Positions 40,734 through 51,793 of a DNA stretch of 64,000 nucleotides are shown here, piece by piece. The translations under genes were made by a program, and so were the position numbers. The stretch is from Chiloscyllium plagiosum (Eukaryota): the NCBI RefSeq assembly GCF_004010195.1, contig NC_057719.1, positions 95,389,184 through 95,453,183 of the forward strand, in the 5' to 3' direction. Position 1 is the stretch's first letter; each line of letters starts with the position of its first letter. Under the pieces are notes generated by a model. The model was given only the letters and a program-made list of their open reading frames with translations, made no database searches and was not told the DNA's origin.

Positions 40734-41460
40734 TAATGTATTTCTCACCCCCATTGTCCTGCCTACTCCCTGTAACACTTGATTCCCTGTACTCATGAAG
40801 AACCTATCTGTCTCTGTCTTAAACACACTCAGTAATTTGGCCTACACATCCCTCTGTGGCAATGAATTCCACAGATTAATGACCCTCTGGCTGAAGATTT
40901 GTCTTCATCTCAGTTCTAAAGGTTCGTTCTTCACTCTGAGACTGTGGCCTTGGGTGCTAGTCTCCCCTAATCGTAGAAACATTCTATCCAGGCCTCTCAG
41001 TATTCTGTATGTTTCAGTGCAGTCCCTCTTCATCTTTCTAAACTCGATTGAGTACAGATCCAGAGCCTTCAACTGCTCCTCATATGACAAGTCCTTCATC
41101 CCCGGGATCATTCTTGTAAACCTCTTTTGGAACCCCTCCAACACCAGCGCGTCCTTCCTTAGATACGGGACACAAAACTGCTCACAATATTGCAAATGTG
41201 GTCTTACCAGAGCATTTTACAGCTTCAGCAGTACATTCCTGCTCTTGTATTCTAGCCCTCATGAATTGAATGCTATTGCAAATGTCTTCCTAACTGCCAA
41301 CTGAACCTGCATGTTAACCTGAAGAGAATCCTGATCTAGGATTCCCAGTACCTTTGTGCTTTAGCTTTACAAAACCTTTCTTCATATATAAAATAATCTA
41401 TGTCTCTAATCTTCCCATCAAAATGTATAACCTCATATTTTGCCACATTGTATTCTATCT

Positions 41461-42400
41461 TGTGCCAATGCTGCTACTTTAACAAGGTTATGTTGTACTT
41501 GGCTTTTCTTTTCAGTGAGGTCATTAAAGACACAGACTCTGAAATAACCTGGACCAGATGGCCTGCACCCCAGAGTTCTGAAGGAGATAGGGTTTGAAGG
41601 GTTTTAGGATCAGTTTGATTGTGGCTAACAGATACTGCCTCAGAAAAAAAACACTTGTCGGATGAAAGGGCGTGGCCAATTCTCCCAGCTCAGCTTCCGC
41701 TCTGATTTGATTTGGTTATTTGCAGTCTGAAAGCAGTCAGGCTGTTGGAAAAACTGCTGGACCCAAGAAGCAGGTCCAGGCTGATCCTCCTCTCTCTCTG
41801 ACCTCTCTCCTGTAAAACCCTGGGTTTAGATTAGATTAGATTCCCTACAGTGTGGAAACAGGCCCTGCAGCCCAACAAGTCCACACTGACCCTCTGAAGA
41901 GTAACCCATCCAGACCCATTTCCCTCTGACTAATGCACCTAACACTACGGGCAATTTAGCATGGCCAATTCACCTAACCTGCACATCTTTGGACTGTGGG
42001 AGGAAACCGGAGCACCTGGAGGAAATCCACGCAGACACGGGGAGAATGTGCAAACTCCACATAGACAGTCACCCCAGAATTGAACCTGAGACCCTGGTGC
42101 TGTGAGGCAGCAGTGCTAACCACTGAGCCACCGTGCTTGACTTTATCTTTTGTACCAAGGTGTGTTTATGGGGATTATTGCAAGTATTTGGAACAGCATG
42201 ATTAAGTTGGGACAATCTGTTGGGTTTTTGAAGAGGTTCAGTTATTCAGTAGTCTGTTCTCTTTTGTCTGTGTTTCATTCAGTAATCTTGTAAATAAATC
42301 CTGTTTTGTTTAAAACTACATTGTTTGACCAAATGCATCCCTCCAGAAATATCTGCATTACCCCTGCCCAAAACAACTCGCAAAGTTAGGATCCGGGCTA
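41461..42400 (+). mobile_element. Probable solo LTR or other non-coding insertion within CR1
   Basis: Non-CR1 block starting with TG, with a GGGCGTGGCCAAT promoter-like box and AATAAA near 42293; family not identified. Confidence 0.45.
41827..42136 (-). mobile_element. HE1-type V-SINE
   Basis: Full head, V domain and tail ending in (AATCT)n. Confidence 0.9.
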
Positions 42401-43687
42401 CTGTCTTATTTTATCACTCACTTCCTCATGCTTCACAATCTCATCCTTAATAATGCACTGTAAAATCTTACAAATGACCAAGGTCAGGCTAATAGGACTA
42501 TAGATTCCTGTCTTCTGCCTCCTTCTTTTCTTAAACAGGGTTGTTATATTAGGCATTTTCCAGTTCTCTGGGATCCTCCCTGACTCCAGTGATTCCTGAA
42601 AGATCACCACCAATACCTCTACTATCTCCTCAGTTATCTCCTTCAGAACTCTGGGGTGTAGGCCGTCTGGCCCAGGTTATTTATCAACCTTCAGATCTTT
42701 CAGCTTCTCCAGCACCTTCTCATTAGGGATGGCCACTACACTCACCTCTGACCCTTACTCTCTTGAGGTTCTGTTATGCTACTGTTGTATTCTACTGTGA
42801 AAACTCATACAAAGCACCTGCTCAGTATGTTCACCACTTCCTTGTTCCCCATTACTATTTTTCGAAACTTCATTTTCCAGCAGTCCATTGTCCACTTGCC
42901 TCTCTTTCTTGCCTTGTGGATATCTATAAAAGCTCTTGCAATCATCTTTTATATTACTTATTAGCTTACCCTTATATTTCATCTTCTTTGCCCTTATTGC
43001 GTTTTTAGTTATCCTCTGCTGCTTTATAATCCTCTGGCTTCCACTAATCTTCACCACATTGTATGCTTTTCATTTTGCTTTTATTCTGTCCCTGACTTCC
43101 CTTATCAGCCATGGTTGCCTTGTCCTCCCCCAAGTATGTTTCTCCTTCCTCGGGATGAATTTCTGCTGTGCCTCCCTAATTATCCCCAGGAACTGCTGCT
43201 TTTGCTGTTCCACCATCTTCCCTGCTCAGCTCCCTTTCCAATTAACTCTGGCCAGCTCCTCCCTCATGTCTTTGCTCAAATGTAATCGCATCACATCTGA
43301 TTCAATCTTCTCCTTCTCAAACTGCACCCTTAATTCAATCATATAATGGTCATTGTCCTAGAGGTTCCTTCACTTTCAGCTTCCTAATCAATTCTGCCTC
43401 AGTACACATCACCAAATCCTGAATTGCCTGTTCTGTAGTGAGCTTTAGCACAACCAGCTCTGAAGCACCATTTTGTAGACATTCCAGATATCTATTACCA
43501 ACCTGATTTTCCCAGTCCACCTGCATATTGAAGTCTTCTATGATTATTGTAATAATGCCTTTCTTACATGCCTCTTCCATCTCCTGATTCATTTTTTTCC
43601 CCACATCCTGACTACTGCTTGGAAGTCTGTACATAACTCCTATCAGGGTTTTCTTCCTTTGCACTCCCTCAACTCTAACCATACCTA

Positions 43688-45132
43688 GCTGAAAATGTGT
43701 TGCTGGAAAAGCGCAGCAGGTCAGGCAGCATCCAGGGAACAGGAGAATCGACGTTTCGGGCATAAGCACTTCTTCAGGAATGAGGAAAGTTTGTCCAGCA
43801 GACTAAGATAAAAGGTAGGGAGGAGGGACTTGGGGGAGGGGCGTTAGAAATGCAATAGGTGGAAGGAGGTCAAGGTGAGGGTGATAGGCCGGGGTGGAGT
43901 GGGAGCGGAGAGGTCAGGAAGAGATTTAGCCTTCCTAACCTGCAATCTTCTTCCNNNNNNNNNNNNNNNNNNNNNNNNNNNNNNNNNNNNNNNNNNNNNN
44001 NNNNNNNNNNNNNNNNNNNNNNNNNNNNNNNNNNNNNNNNNNNNNNNNNNNNNNNNNNNNNNNNNNNNNNNNNNNNNNNNNNNNNNNNNNNNNNNNNNNN
44101 NNNNNNNNNNNNNNNNNNNNNNNNNNNNNNNNNNNNNNNNNNNNNNNNNNNNNNNNNNNNNNNNNNNNNNNNNNNNNNNNNNNNNNNNNNNNNNNNNNNN
44201 NNNNNNNNNNNNNNNNNNNNNNNNNNNNNNNNNNNNNNNNNNNNNNNNNNNNNNNNNNNNNNNNNNNNNNNNNNNNNNNNNNNNNNNNNNNNNNNNNNNN
44301 NNNNNNNNNNNNNNNNNNNNNNNNNNNNNNNNNNNNNNNNNNNNNNNNNNNNNNNNNNNNNNNNNNNNNNNNNNNNNNNNNNNNNNNNNNNNNNNNNNNN
44401 NNNNNNNNNNNNNNNNNNNNNNNNNNNNNNNNNNNNNNNNNNNNNNNNNAGGTTGGTTGGATTGGTTCGTCCGGGTGCCCAGAGGTGCTCTCTGAATCGC
44501 TCCGCAAGTAGGCGGCCTGTCTCCCCAATATAGAGGAGGCCACACCGGCTGCAGCGGATGCAGTAGATGATGTGGGTGGAGGTGCAGGTGAATCTGTGGC
44601 GGATATGGAAGTTTCCCTTGGGGCCTTGGAGAGAAGTGAGGGGGGAGGTGTGGGCGCAAGTCTTGCACCTCCTGCGGTTGCAGGGGAAGGTGCCGGGAGT
44701 GGAGGTTGGGTCGGTAGCTGGTGTGGATCTGACAAGGGAGTGGCGGAGGGAGTGGTCTGTACGGAAGGCTGGTAGGGGAGGGGAGGGAAATATATCCTTG
44801 GTGCTGGGGTCTGTTTGGAGGTGGCGGAAGTGGCGGCGGATGATGCGCTGTACATGGAGGTTAGTGGGGTGGTAGGTGAGCACCCGTGGGGTTCTGTCCT
44901 GGTGGCGGTTGGGGGGGCGGGGCTCAAGGGCGGAGGAGCGGGAAGTGGAAGAGATGCGGTGGAGGGCATCGTCGACCACGTCGGGGGGGAAATTGCGGTC
45001 CTTGAAGAAGGAGGCTATCTGGGTTGTACGTTTTTGGAACTGGTCCTCCTGGGAGCAGATGCAGCGGAGTCGAAGGAATTGGGAGAATGGGATGGCGTTT
45101 TTACAGGGGGCAGGGTGGGAGGAGGTGTAGTC
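43688..45132 (-). mobile_element. 5'-truncated Penelope-like retroelement (N gap 43955-44449)
   Basis: 15-bp TSD CTCTAACCATACCTA at 43673-43687 and 45133-45147; terminal repeat with hammerhead-like motif at about 43745-43780; coding body at 44450-45132. Confidence 0.92.
44450..45132 (-). pseudogene. PLE ORF fragment: RT C-terminus, Cys-rich linker and GIY-YIG endonuclease
   Basis: Open frame DYTSSHPAPCKNAIPFSQFLRLRCICS..FPCNRRRCKTCAH..CTSTHIIYCIRCSRCGLLYIGETGRLLAERFREH; probable frameshift near 44480. Confidence 0.9.
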
Positions 45133-46049
45133 CTCTAACCATACCTACTCTATGCCTTCTGATTCTAAGACAATTCTTGCTATTAATTTCATTTCATTTC
45201 TTAATGTCAAGACAACCCCACTCTCTCTGCCTATCTGCCTGTCATTTCAATAGGATATACATCCTTAGTCATTTAGCTCCCAGCTCTGATCCCATTGCAG
45301 GCACATCTCTGTAATACCCACAACATTGTATCTGCTTTCATACCTAATTTTAAACTTTTAAAATAACATACAATCACTTTAACATGCTTTTTATGAGGTA
45401 ATTCCCAAGACTACACTTAATAGAACTTTATATGTGATCCAGCCAATGTCTTGAATAACTTCAACATCCTTTCCATACAGCCAGTATCTCTGAGTAAAAC
45501 ATGTTCTAAGTAGCTATTCCTTTCATTGCAGTATTTTTGATATGTACACAATTGTGACTAATCCTTGTGCTGTTGTGTCAATGAATAAAGGAACAAGGCA
45601 TAGCAGGGCTAGAACTGTACAACTTTTCAGTTTAAGTTGCCTACTTCTTCACTAATGTCAGGTCCAATTGTTCCCAGGGTAATCTCAAAGGTTGCAAACT
45701 CCTTGTAATGTGTGAATCATTCTCATGTTGTGTTGCCTGGTGGTCATTGGAAATCATTATCTTCCTGCTGAAAGTGAAAATTACCTCTGAAAGGCTTTCA
45801 TGCTTACATGGGCTTGAAGTCACTTGCTCACAATCATGGGGATTGTGCAACTTTTTGATAACTCTGCATCCTGTTCGACGAAGAATTTCCTTCTCACAGT
45901 AATATTAAGAAACTTATTGTCTCTTAGAAAAATTGCAATTGCTACCTCTGTGTCACATGTACGCTCTGTACCCTGCCTGAAACATGGGGCTTGGGAGCAC
46001 AAGTAGGCCACTCAGCCCTTTGAGCATGTTCCACCATTCAATAAGAGCT

Positions 46050-46318
46050 TAGAATCTCTACAGTGCAGAAAGATGCTGTTCGACCCATCAAGTCTGCATC
46101 AATCATTCAAAGAGCATCCTACCTAGACCCTTTTACCATGGCTAACTCACCAAACCTGCACATCTTTGGACAGTGGAAGGAAACCGGAGAGCCTGCCAGA
46201 AACCTACGCAGACACGGGGAGAATGTGCAAACTCCACACAGACAGTCACCCGAAGCTGGAATAGAATGCATGTCCCTGGTGCTGTGAGGCAGCAGTGCTA
46301 ACCGCTGAGCCACCGTGC
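46050..46318 (-). mobile_element. HE1-type V-SINE within a degraded CR1 3' end
   Basis: Head and V domain are recognisable. Confidence 0.85.
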
Positions 46319-46609
46319 AGCCCTTGCTGACCTTGTTCTAGCCTTTACTCCATTTGCCTGTCTTTATTTTGATTCTCACACCAATCAAAAACCTGATGAA
46401 TTATTTTGCCCGTAATTCAGTGACTCAGCGTTACTTATGACAAGAGATGCTTTAAGAGAGAAACATTCTCCTCATCACAGTCTTGTTCTTACACTGTGTC
46501 CCAAATTTCCAGTCTCCTCCACAAGCAAATATCCTCCCCTCATCCACCCGCTTAATTTTGCTCCAATAAAGCAGATTTCTGACGAAGGCCCCAGTTTACT
46601 GCATGACGA

Positions 46610-47120
46610 TATGAACAAGGAACAAGAGTAGACCACACAGCCCTTCAAGGCAAAAGTGAGGACTGCAGATGCTGGAGATTAGACTCGAGAGTGCGGTGCT
46701 GGAAAAGCACAGCAGGTCAGGCAACATCTGAGGAGCAGAAAAATCAACATTTTGGGCAAAAGCCCTTCATCAAGAAAGGGCTTATGCCTGAAACGTCAAT
46801 TTTCCTGCTCCTTGGATGCTGCCTGACCTGCTGTACTTTTCCAGCAGCACATTCTCAACCCCACACGGCCCTTCAAGTTTGTCCTGTAGTTCAATAAGAT
46901 CACGGCTGGTTGATTTTAACATCAACTCTACATTCCTACACATCCCTGATAATCTTTCATTACTCTTGGTAATTGAGACTTGATCTACCTCTGTCTTAAA
47001 GACATTTAAAGATTCTGCACACACTGATTTTTGAGAAAGGGAATTCCAAAGAGTTACAACCCTGAGAGAAAAAAAAATCAGTTTCCACACTTCTGTTTTA
47101 AATGAACGACCTTGTTATTT
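46610..47120 (-). mobile_element. CR1 3' fragment
   Basis: Translation FFSLRVVTLWNSLSQKSV..FKTEVD. Confidence 0.7.
46650..46860. mobile_element. Short palindromic PLE derivative
   Basis: 17-bp TSD CCACAC(A/G)GCCCTTCAAG at 46633-46649 and 46861-46877. Confidence 0.87.
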
Positions 47121-47706
47121 TAAAATTATGACATTGTGATATGAAAACATTGTGCTTTGACCATTCAACAGGAAGGATTATCCTTCTTTGACCCTCAGTG
47201 CAGAATGCTGAGCAACAGATGAATAAGGTTCTAGTAACCTGCCTTGTGAAGCAACATTGACTGAATTCTGCACTGCATCCAGGTGAAGATCCTGCCTGTG
47301 GAATGCAGTCAAAGTGCTGCAGGAGCTGATAGTTTTGCAGTTGTTGCTCATAAACAAGTGCCTTGCATTCATTTCAATTAGGCAACTAACTTGGACTCAT
47401 CGGGAGAGGCCTCATCGACAAAACTTTGTCACCTCAAAGCAAGCAAGCAAGCAGGAGCCAGTTGGGAAGGAAGGAAGGAACAGCAGCCGAGGCAAATCAA
47501 ATGATTGATAGCGAATGCACCTGGGTTTCTCAAGGGAAAATAAAACCTCAAACTTTAAAATAAACATATCATATAATTTTACAAAGACATGCAAGCAATT
47601 AACCAATGTAAAACCTTTCCAAATGCTGAAAATTGGACCAAAATCCATCAGATTACTCTTTAATTCAAATAATTAAATCTACATATTCACAGCATGCAGG
47701 TCAAAG

Positions 47707-47794
47707 GGCTGAAGAAGGGCTCATGCCCAAAACGTCGATTCTCCTGCTCCTTGGATGCTGCTTGACCTGCTGCGCTTTTCCAGCAACACCTTTT
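47707..47794 (+). mobile_element. 88-bp single-arm PLE terminal insertion beginning at the hammerhead core
   Basis: 14-bp TSD CATGCAGGTCAAAG at 47693-47706 and 47795-47808. Confidence 0.85.
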
Positions 47795-48230
47795 CATGCA
47801 GGTCAAAGTAAACCTCAGAAATGTTATTGGAATACTGAAGATTGAACACATCAAACATGGTTTCGAGTTAGCAAAACTATCCCCAAGCCGAGATGAAGAA
47901 AATCACCTTTTTATTGCTTGTTTGCATCATTACTGATATTCTACATGAGAACAACTTCATTTGAAATATTGAAGTGTGTAATGAAATCCAGAGACCACAT
48001 AATTCATACGAGTGCCTGTAAACAGCAATACCAGAAAATTAATATATAGGTGAAGATTCATCGCGAAGCCTTTCACACTCCAATTCAAACCCCTTAGGAA
48101 TTCAAAGGCACAAGTTCCAAGGTTTTGATGATAAACCAGGGAACTGTGAGCGAGTTACTCAAAGAGAACTTCAAATAGTGAGAAACATTCCAATTGCTAT
48201 AAGGAAAGCTTGGATGCTAAAGGAATGAGT

Positions 48231-48598
48231 TTAGTTCTTTCCAAAGTCAGTAGGTACTGTAACTTTGTCACATTGAGGGCACGTGACATCTTTGAACTGA
48301 AGCTCATTGATATTTCCGGATGATGAAGGGGTACTTTTGCACTGGTTCAATTTTTGAAAATGTTGTAATTTATCACATTTCATGTCTGCCTTGAAACAGA
48401 TGATACTAAGGTGAATAGTCATATTAAATTCTCAAAAAAAGGTGCAATCACATGTCATTACAAGTAGAATTGAAGTCAGATCAAGCTACAATTTTGAGCA
48501 TCAAGATTACCTTGATACATTCATTTAAAGTATCTTTTTGAAAATGCTGATGTTCCAATGCAATGGCCATTTCTTCAGGGATTTTGACAAAGATCCAA
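48231..48598 (-). CDS. Candidate last two coding exons of an unidentified gene (48598-48511 and 48389-48231)
   Basis: Acceptors ttcttttgtacag and tctgtttcaag, donor AAG|gtaatc, compatible phases. Joined peptide WIFVKIPEEMAIALEHQHFQKDTLNECIK-ADMKCDKLQH..DFGKN*. No homology recognised. Confidence 0.2.
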
Positions 48599-49641
48599 CT
48601 GTACAAAAGAACAATGGAGTGGAGTCAAGGGCTTTGTAGCTTAATAGAAATCAAAGCACTATTTTATTTATTGCTGAGATCTGGATCTGTGTTAGTAAAT
48701 GAAGATGGATGATTAATGTAAAGAACAATCTCAATCATCTCTAGTACTGTCCCAAGTTGCAAGGCATTTTGTAAATGGTTCATCAAACCACAGATGGTCA
48801 GAGCCTCTGAAGAGAATGTTTTTTTCAGGGTAATATTGTCTTTGTCCAAACAACAGCAGATAATGAAATTTCTCAGTGAGCAACTGGCGAATTAGGAGGA
48901 AACCAAATGCCTACTAGCAAAATTTGGTAGGACTTCTGGCCAACCTCACCTGTGGCAAAGTTAACTACAGCAAGAAGATTGGGCTAAACTTAGAATGACT
49001 TAGAGAAAATAACAACTCTATGGAGTATATATAGAAATCAATGTCACATATAGAGACATGATATTGAAGATAAAAAGCTCTTTTTTCAGTTCAAAACAAA
49101 AACCTGCCTTATGGCATTTGATAAAGTCACTATCAGTGTGAGAGCTAAGAATACTAGAATGGTTACTTTATTTATCCCACTTCCATGGCCATTTAATTAA
49201 CTAATAAAACAACAGACGAATTAATATCCTGCTCTATGATGATTGCCAAGCAATGTAATAACAGACACTTCACTCCCTAAATCCCAATGGTCTGATCTTT
49301 GCTTAATATTAGAATTATATTTAAAATTTATATTTGGACAATTTCTTTTTAGGAAAAGGTTTCTACAAAACTACAGCTCAAGGATTTTTAATACATTTTT
49401 CCTAGTATTTTCAGATGAACATATGTACACTGACTATTTTGTCAGTCTGGCAATCTGAAAAGGAAAATAAAAGAAGTTAAAAAAAGCTCCATTGAAACAT
49501 AGCATCTTAACGATAATATTTTATTACCAATTTAATGCAAAAATGCATTCTTCAAAAACTTGCTGAAGACTCAATATTTAATACATTTGAAATAATTATT
49601 AAATTTATGACACCAAACAGACAAAACAGCTATATATACAA

Positions 49642-49864
49642 GGAGAAAGTGAGGACTGCAGATGCTGGAGATCAGAGTTTAAAAATGTGTTGCTGGAAAA
49701 GCGCAGCAGGTCAGGCAGCATCAAAGGATCTGGAGAATCGACGTTTCGGGCATAAGCCCTTCTTCAGGAATCATTCCTGAAGAAGGGCTTATGCCCGAAA
49801 CATCGATTCTCCTGTTCCATTGATGCTGCCTGATTTGCTGCACTTTTCCAGCAACACATTTTTA
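49642..49864. mobile_element. Near-perfect palindromic PLE derivative with back-to-back hammerhead motifs
   Basis: 14-bp TSD AGCTATATATACAA at 49628-49641 and 49865-49878; symmetry axis at CTTCAGGAAT-C-ATTCCTGAAG. Confidence 0.9.
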
Positions 49865-49878
49865 AGCTATATATACAA

Positions 49879-50160
49879 ACAAAGAACAAAGAACAAAGAA
49901 AATTTACAGCCCAGGAACAGGCCCTTCGGCCCTCTAAGACTGAGCCAATCCAAACGTACTGTCTAAACCTGTCGGTCAATTCCTAAGCATCTGTATCCCT
50001 CTACTCCCCACCGACTCATGCATTTGTCCAGACGCATCTTGAATGAATCTACCGTGCCTGCCTCTACCACCTCTGCTGGTAACGCGTTCCAAATGCCCAA
50101 ATGTGAAGTACTTGCCGCGTGTATCCCCCTTAAACTTTCCACCTCTCACCTTGATAACGT
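49879..50160 (-). mobile_element. CR1 3' end with (TTCTTTG)n tail variant
   Basis: ACAAAGA repeats followed by CAGGCCCTTCGGCC and the ORF2 end. Confidence 0.8.
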
Positions 50161-50844
50161 GATCAATTGAGTAGATTGAAAGTTTCCTTCAACAGCTTTC
50201 AAGTAAATCATTAAAATAAGAGAAGTAACAGCATCAAATACAGTGACAATAGAGAAAGATATTATACCTCCAAACAGATTTAAGATCACAGATAATTCTG
50301 AGAAGGAATTAAGACTGGTTGTATGGAAGAGACATTTCATGAGATAAGTAATTGCTTTAGTACTACAGAACCCAGAGAAGAACATGGAAATATGTTTCTT
50401 TATTCTGTAGCTACAGTAGCGGGTCATGTTTTAAAATGACAATGTAGGAAATAGATATTTTGGATAACATCTATAATCCAGGATACACTAACAGACAAAA
50501 TATAAGGGAGAGAGTAAGATTTAACGGAGGATTACATCTTCCAAGAGAACTGTTGACAATTTTATCAATGATCTTTAGATGTTGTCAGAATGTTGTGATT
50601 ATTGAGATTTATATATATATTACCAAAGTTCCAGTTCAGCAACAAAATGAACCTAAATATTTTATCCTCAGCTAACAGACTTCCAACCCAACCAAATCTT
50701 CAGGTATTAAAAAAGTCAGTGATATATTAGTGATAAATCTAATTTTAAAAATTGAAATAATTACTTGAACAATTTAATAACTAGAACAATGCTTCACATA
50801 GTGAGACATAATATAACTTGTTACGTATTATGTTATACACCTAT

Positions 50845-51640
50845 GCTAGGAACATAGAAACAGGAGAAGACCATTCAGTCATCAAGCCTGTCCCACCATT
50901 CAATGAGATCATGCCTGGTCTGTGGCCTAACTTAACCAAAATTATCTGTCTCAGATTTAAACTTAACAACTATCCATCATCTACCGCCATTTGTGGAAGA
51001 GAGTTCCAAACGTCTCCCATCCTTTGGCTATCGAAGTGTTTCCTAACATCTCTCTTGAATGCTCTGGCCCTAATTCTCAGAGTATGCCTCTCATTCTAGA
51101 ATCTCCAACCAATGGGAATAGTTTATCTACCCAGTCTTTTCCTGCTCATCAGCTCAGCCCTTAACTTTCTAAATTCCAAAGAGAATAGGCCTAATTCGTA
51201 TAATCTCTTCTCATTACTTAGCCCCTGAAGTTCAGGAGTCATTCTTGTAAACCTCTGTTGTACTCCGTCCAAAGTGGATATATCCTTCCAAAGGTGCTCA
51301 GGTGTGCTCGCAGTACTCCATGTGGGGTCTAACCAGGGTTTTGTACAATTGCAGCATAACATCAGTATCCTTGTACCCCAGTCCCCTCGAGATATAAAGG
51401 TCAGCACTCCATTAATTGTCCTGATTGCTTAATTCTACCCTAGATGCTGCCTGACCTGCTGCGCTTCTCCAGCAACACATTTCCATCTCTGATTGCTTTC
51501 TGCCCCTGTATGTGGCATTTAAAAGTTGCATGCATCGAGCTCCCAAGTCTCTTTGGATATTCACTGTATTTAAATTCATGTCATTAGAAAGTATCCTGCT
51601 CTATTCATTTTCCTTTCAAAATGGATCACCTCATTCTTGT
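50845..51640 (-). mobile_element. CR1 3' region with a small PLE fragment at about 51441-51490
   Basis: Translation GVQQRFTRMTPELQGLSNEKRLYELGLFSLEFR. Confidence 0.8.
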
Positions 51641-51793
51641 TTTCATTCATTCACAGGATATGGGTGTCACTGGCCAGGTCAGCACTAATCACCCATCCCT
51701 ATTTACCCAGAGGGCAGTTAAGAGTCAACCACATTGCTGTGGGTCTGGAGTCACATGTAGACCAGACCAGGTAAGGATGACAGTTTCCTTCCT

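Larger units (their letters stand above)
40468..45300 (-). mobile_element. Fragmented CR1 LINE (APE to 3' end) interrupted by PLE, LTR-like and SINE insertions
   Basis: Segments about 40468-41460 (ORF2 end), 42400-43687 (APE/linker; IGVMYRLP, EDFNMQVDW) and 45148-45300. Confidence 0.82.

Noticed and set aside
43844..44969. Several 200-370 aa ORFs
   Set aside because: Lengths are inflated by the N gap; only the frame encoding GIY-YIG is meaningful.
45785..45895. Candidate minus-strand exon KEILRRTG..SLSE with gtaatt donor
   Set aside because: No credible acceptor and no homology.
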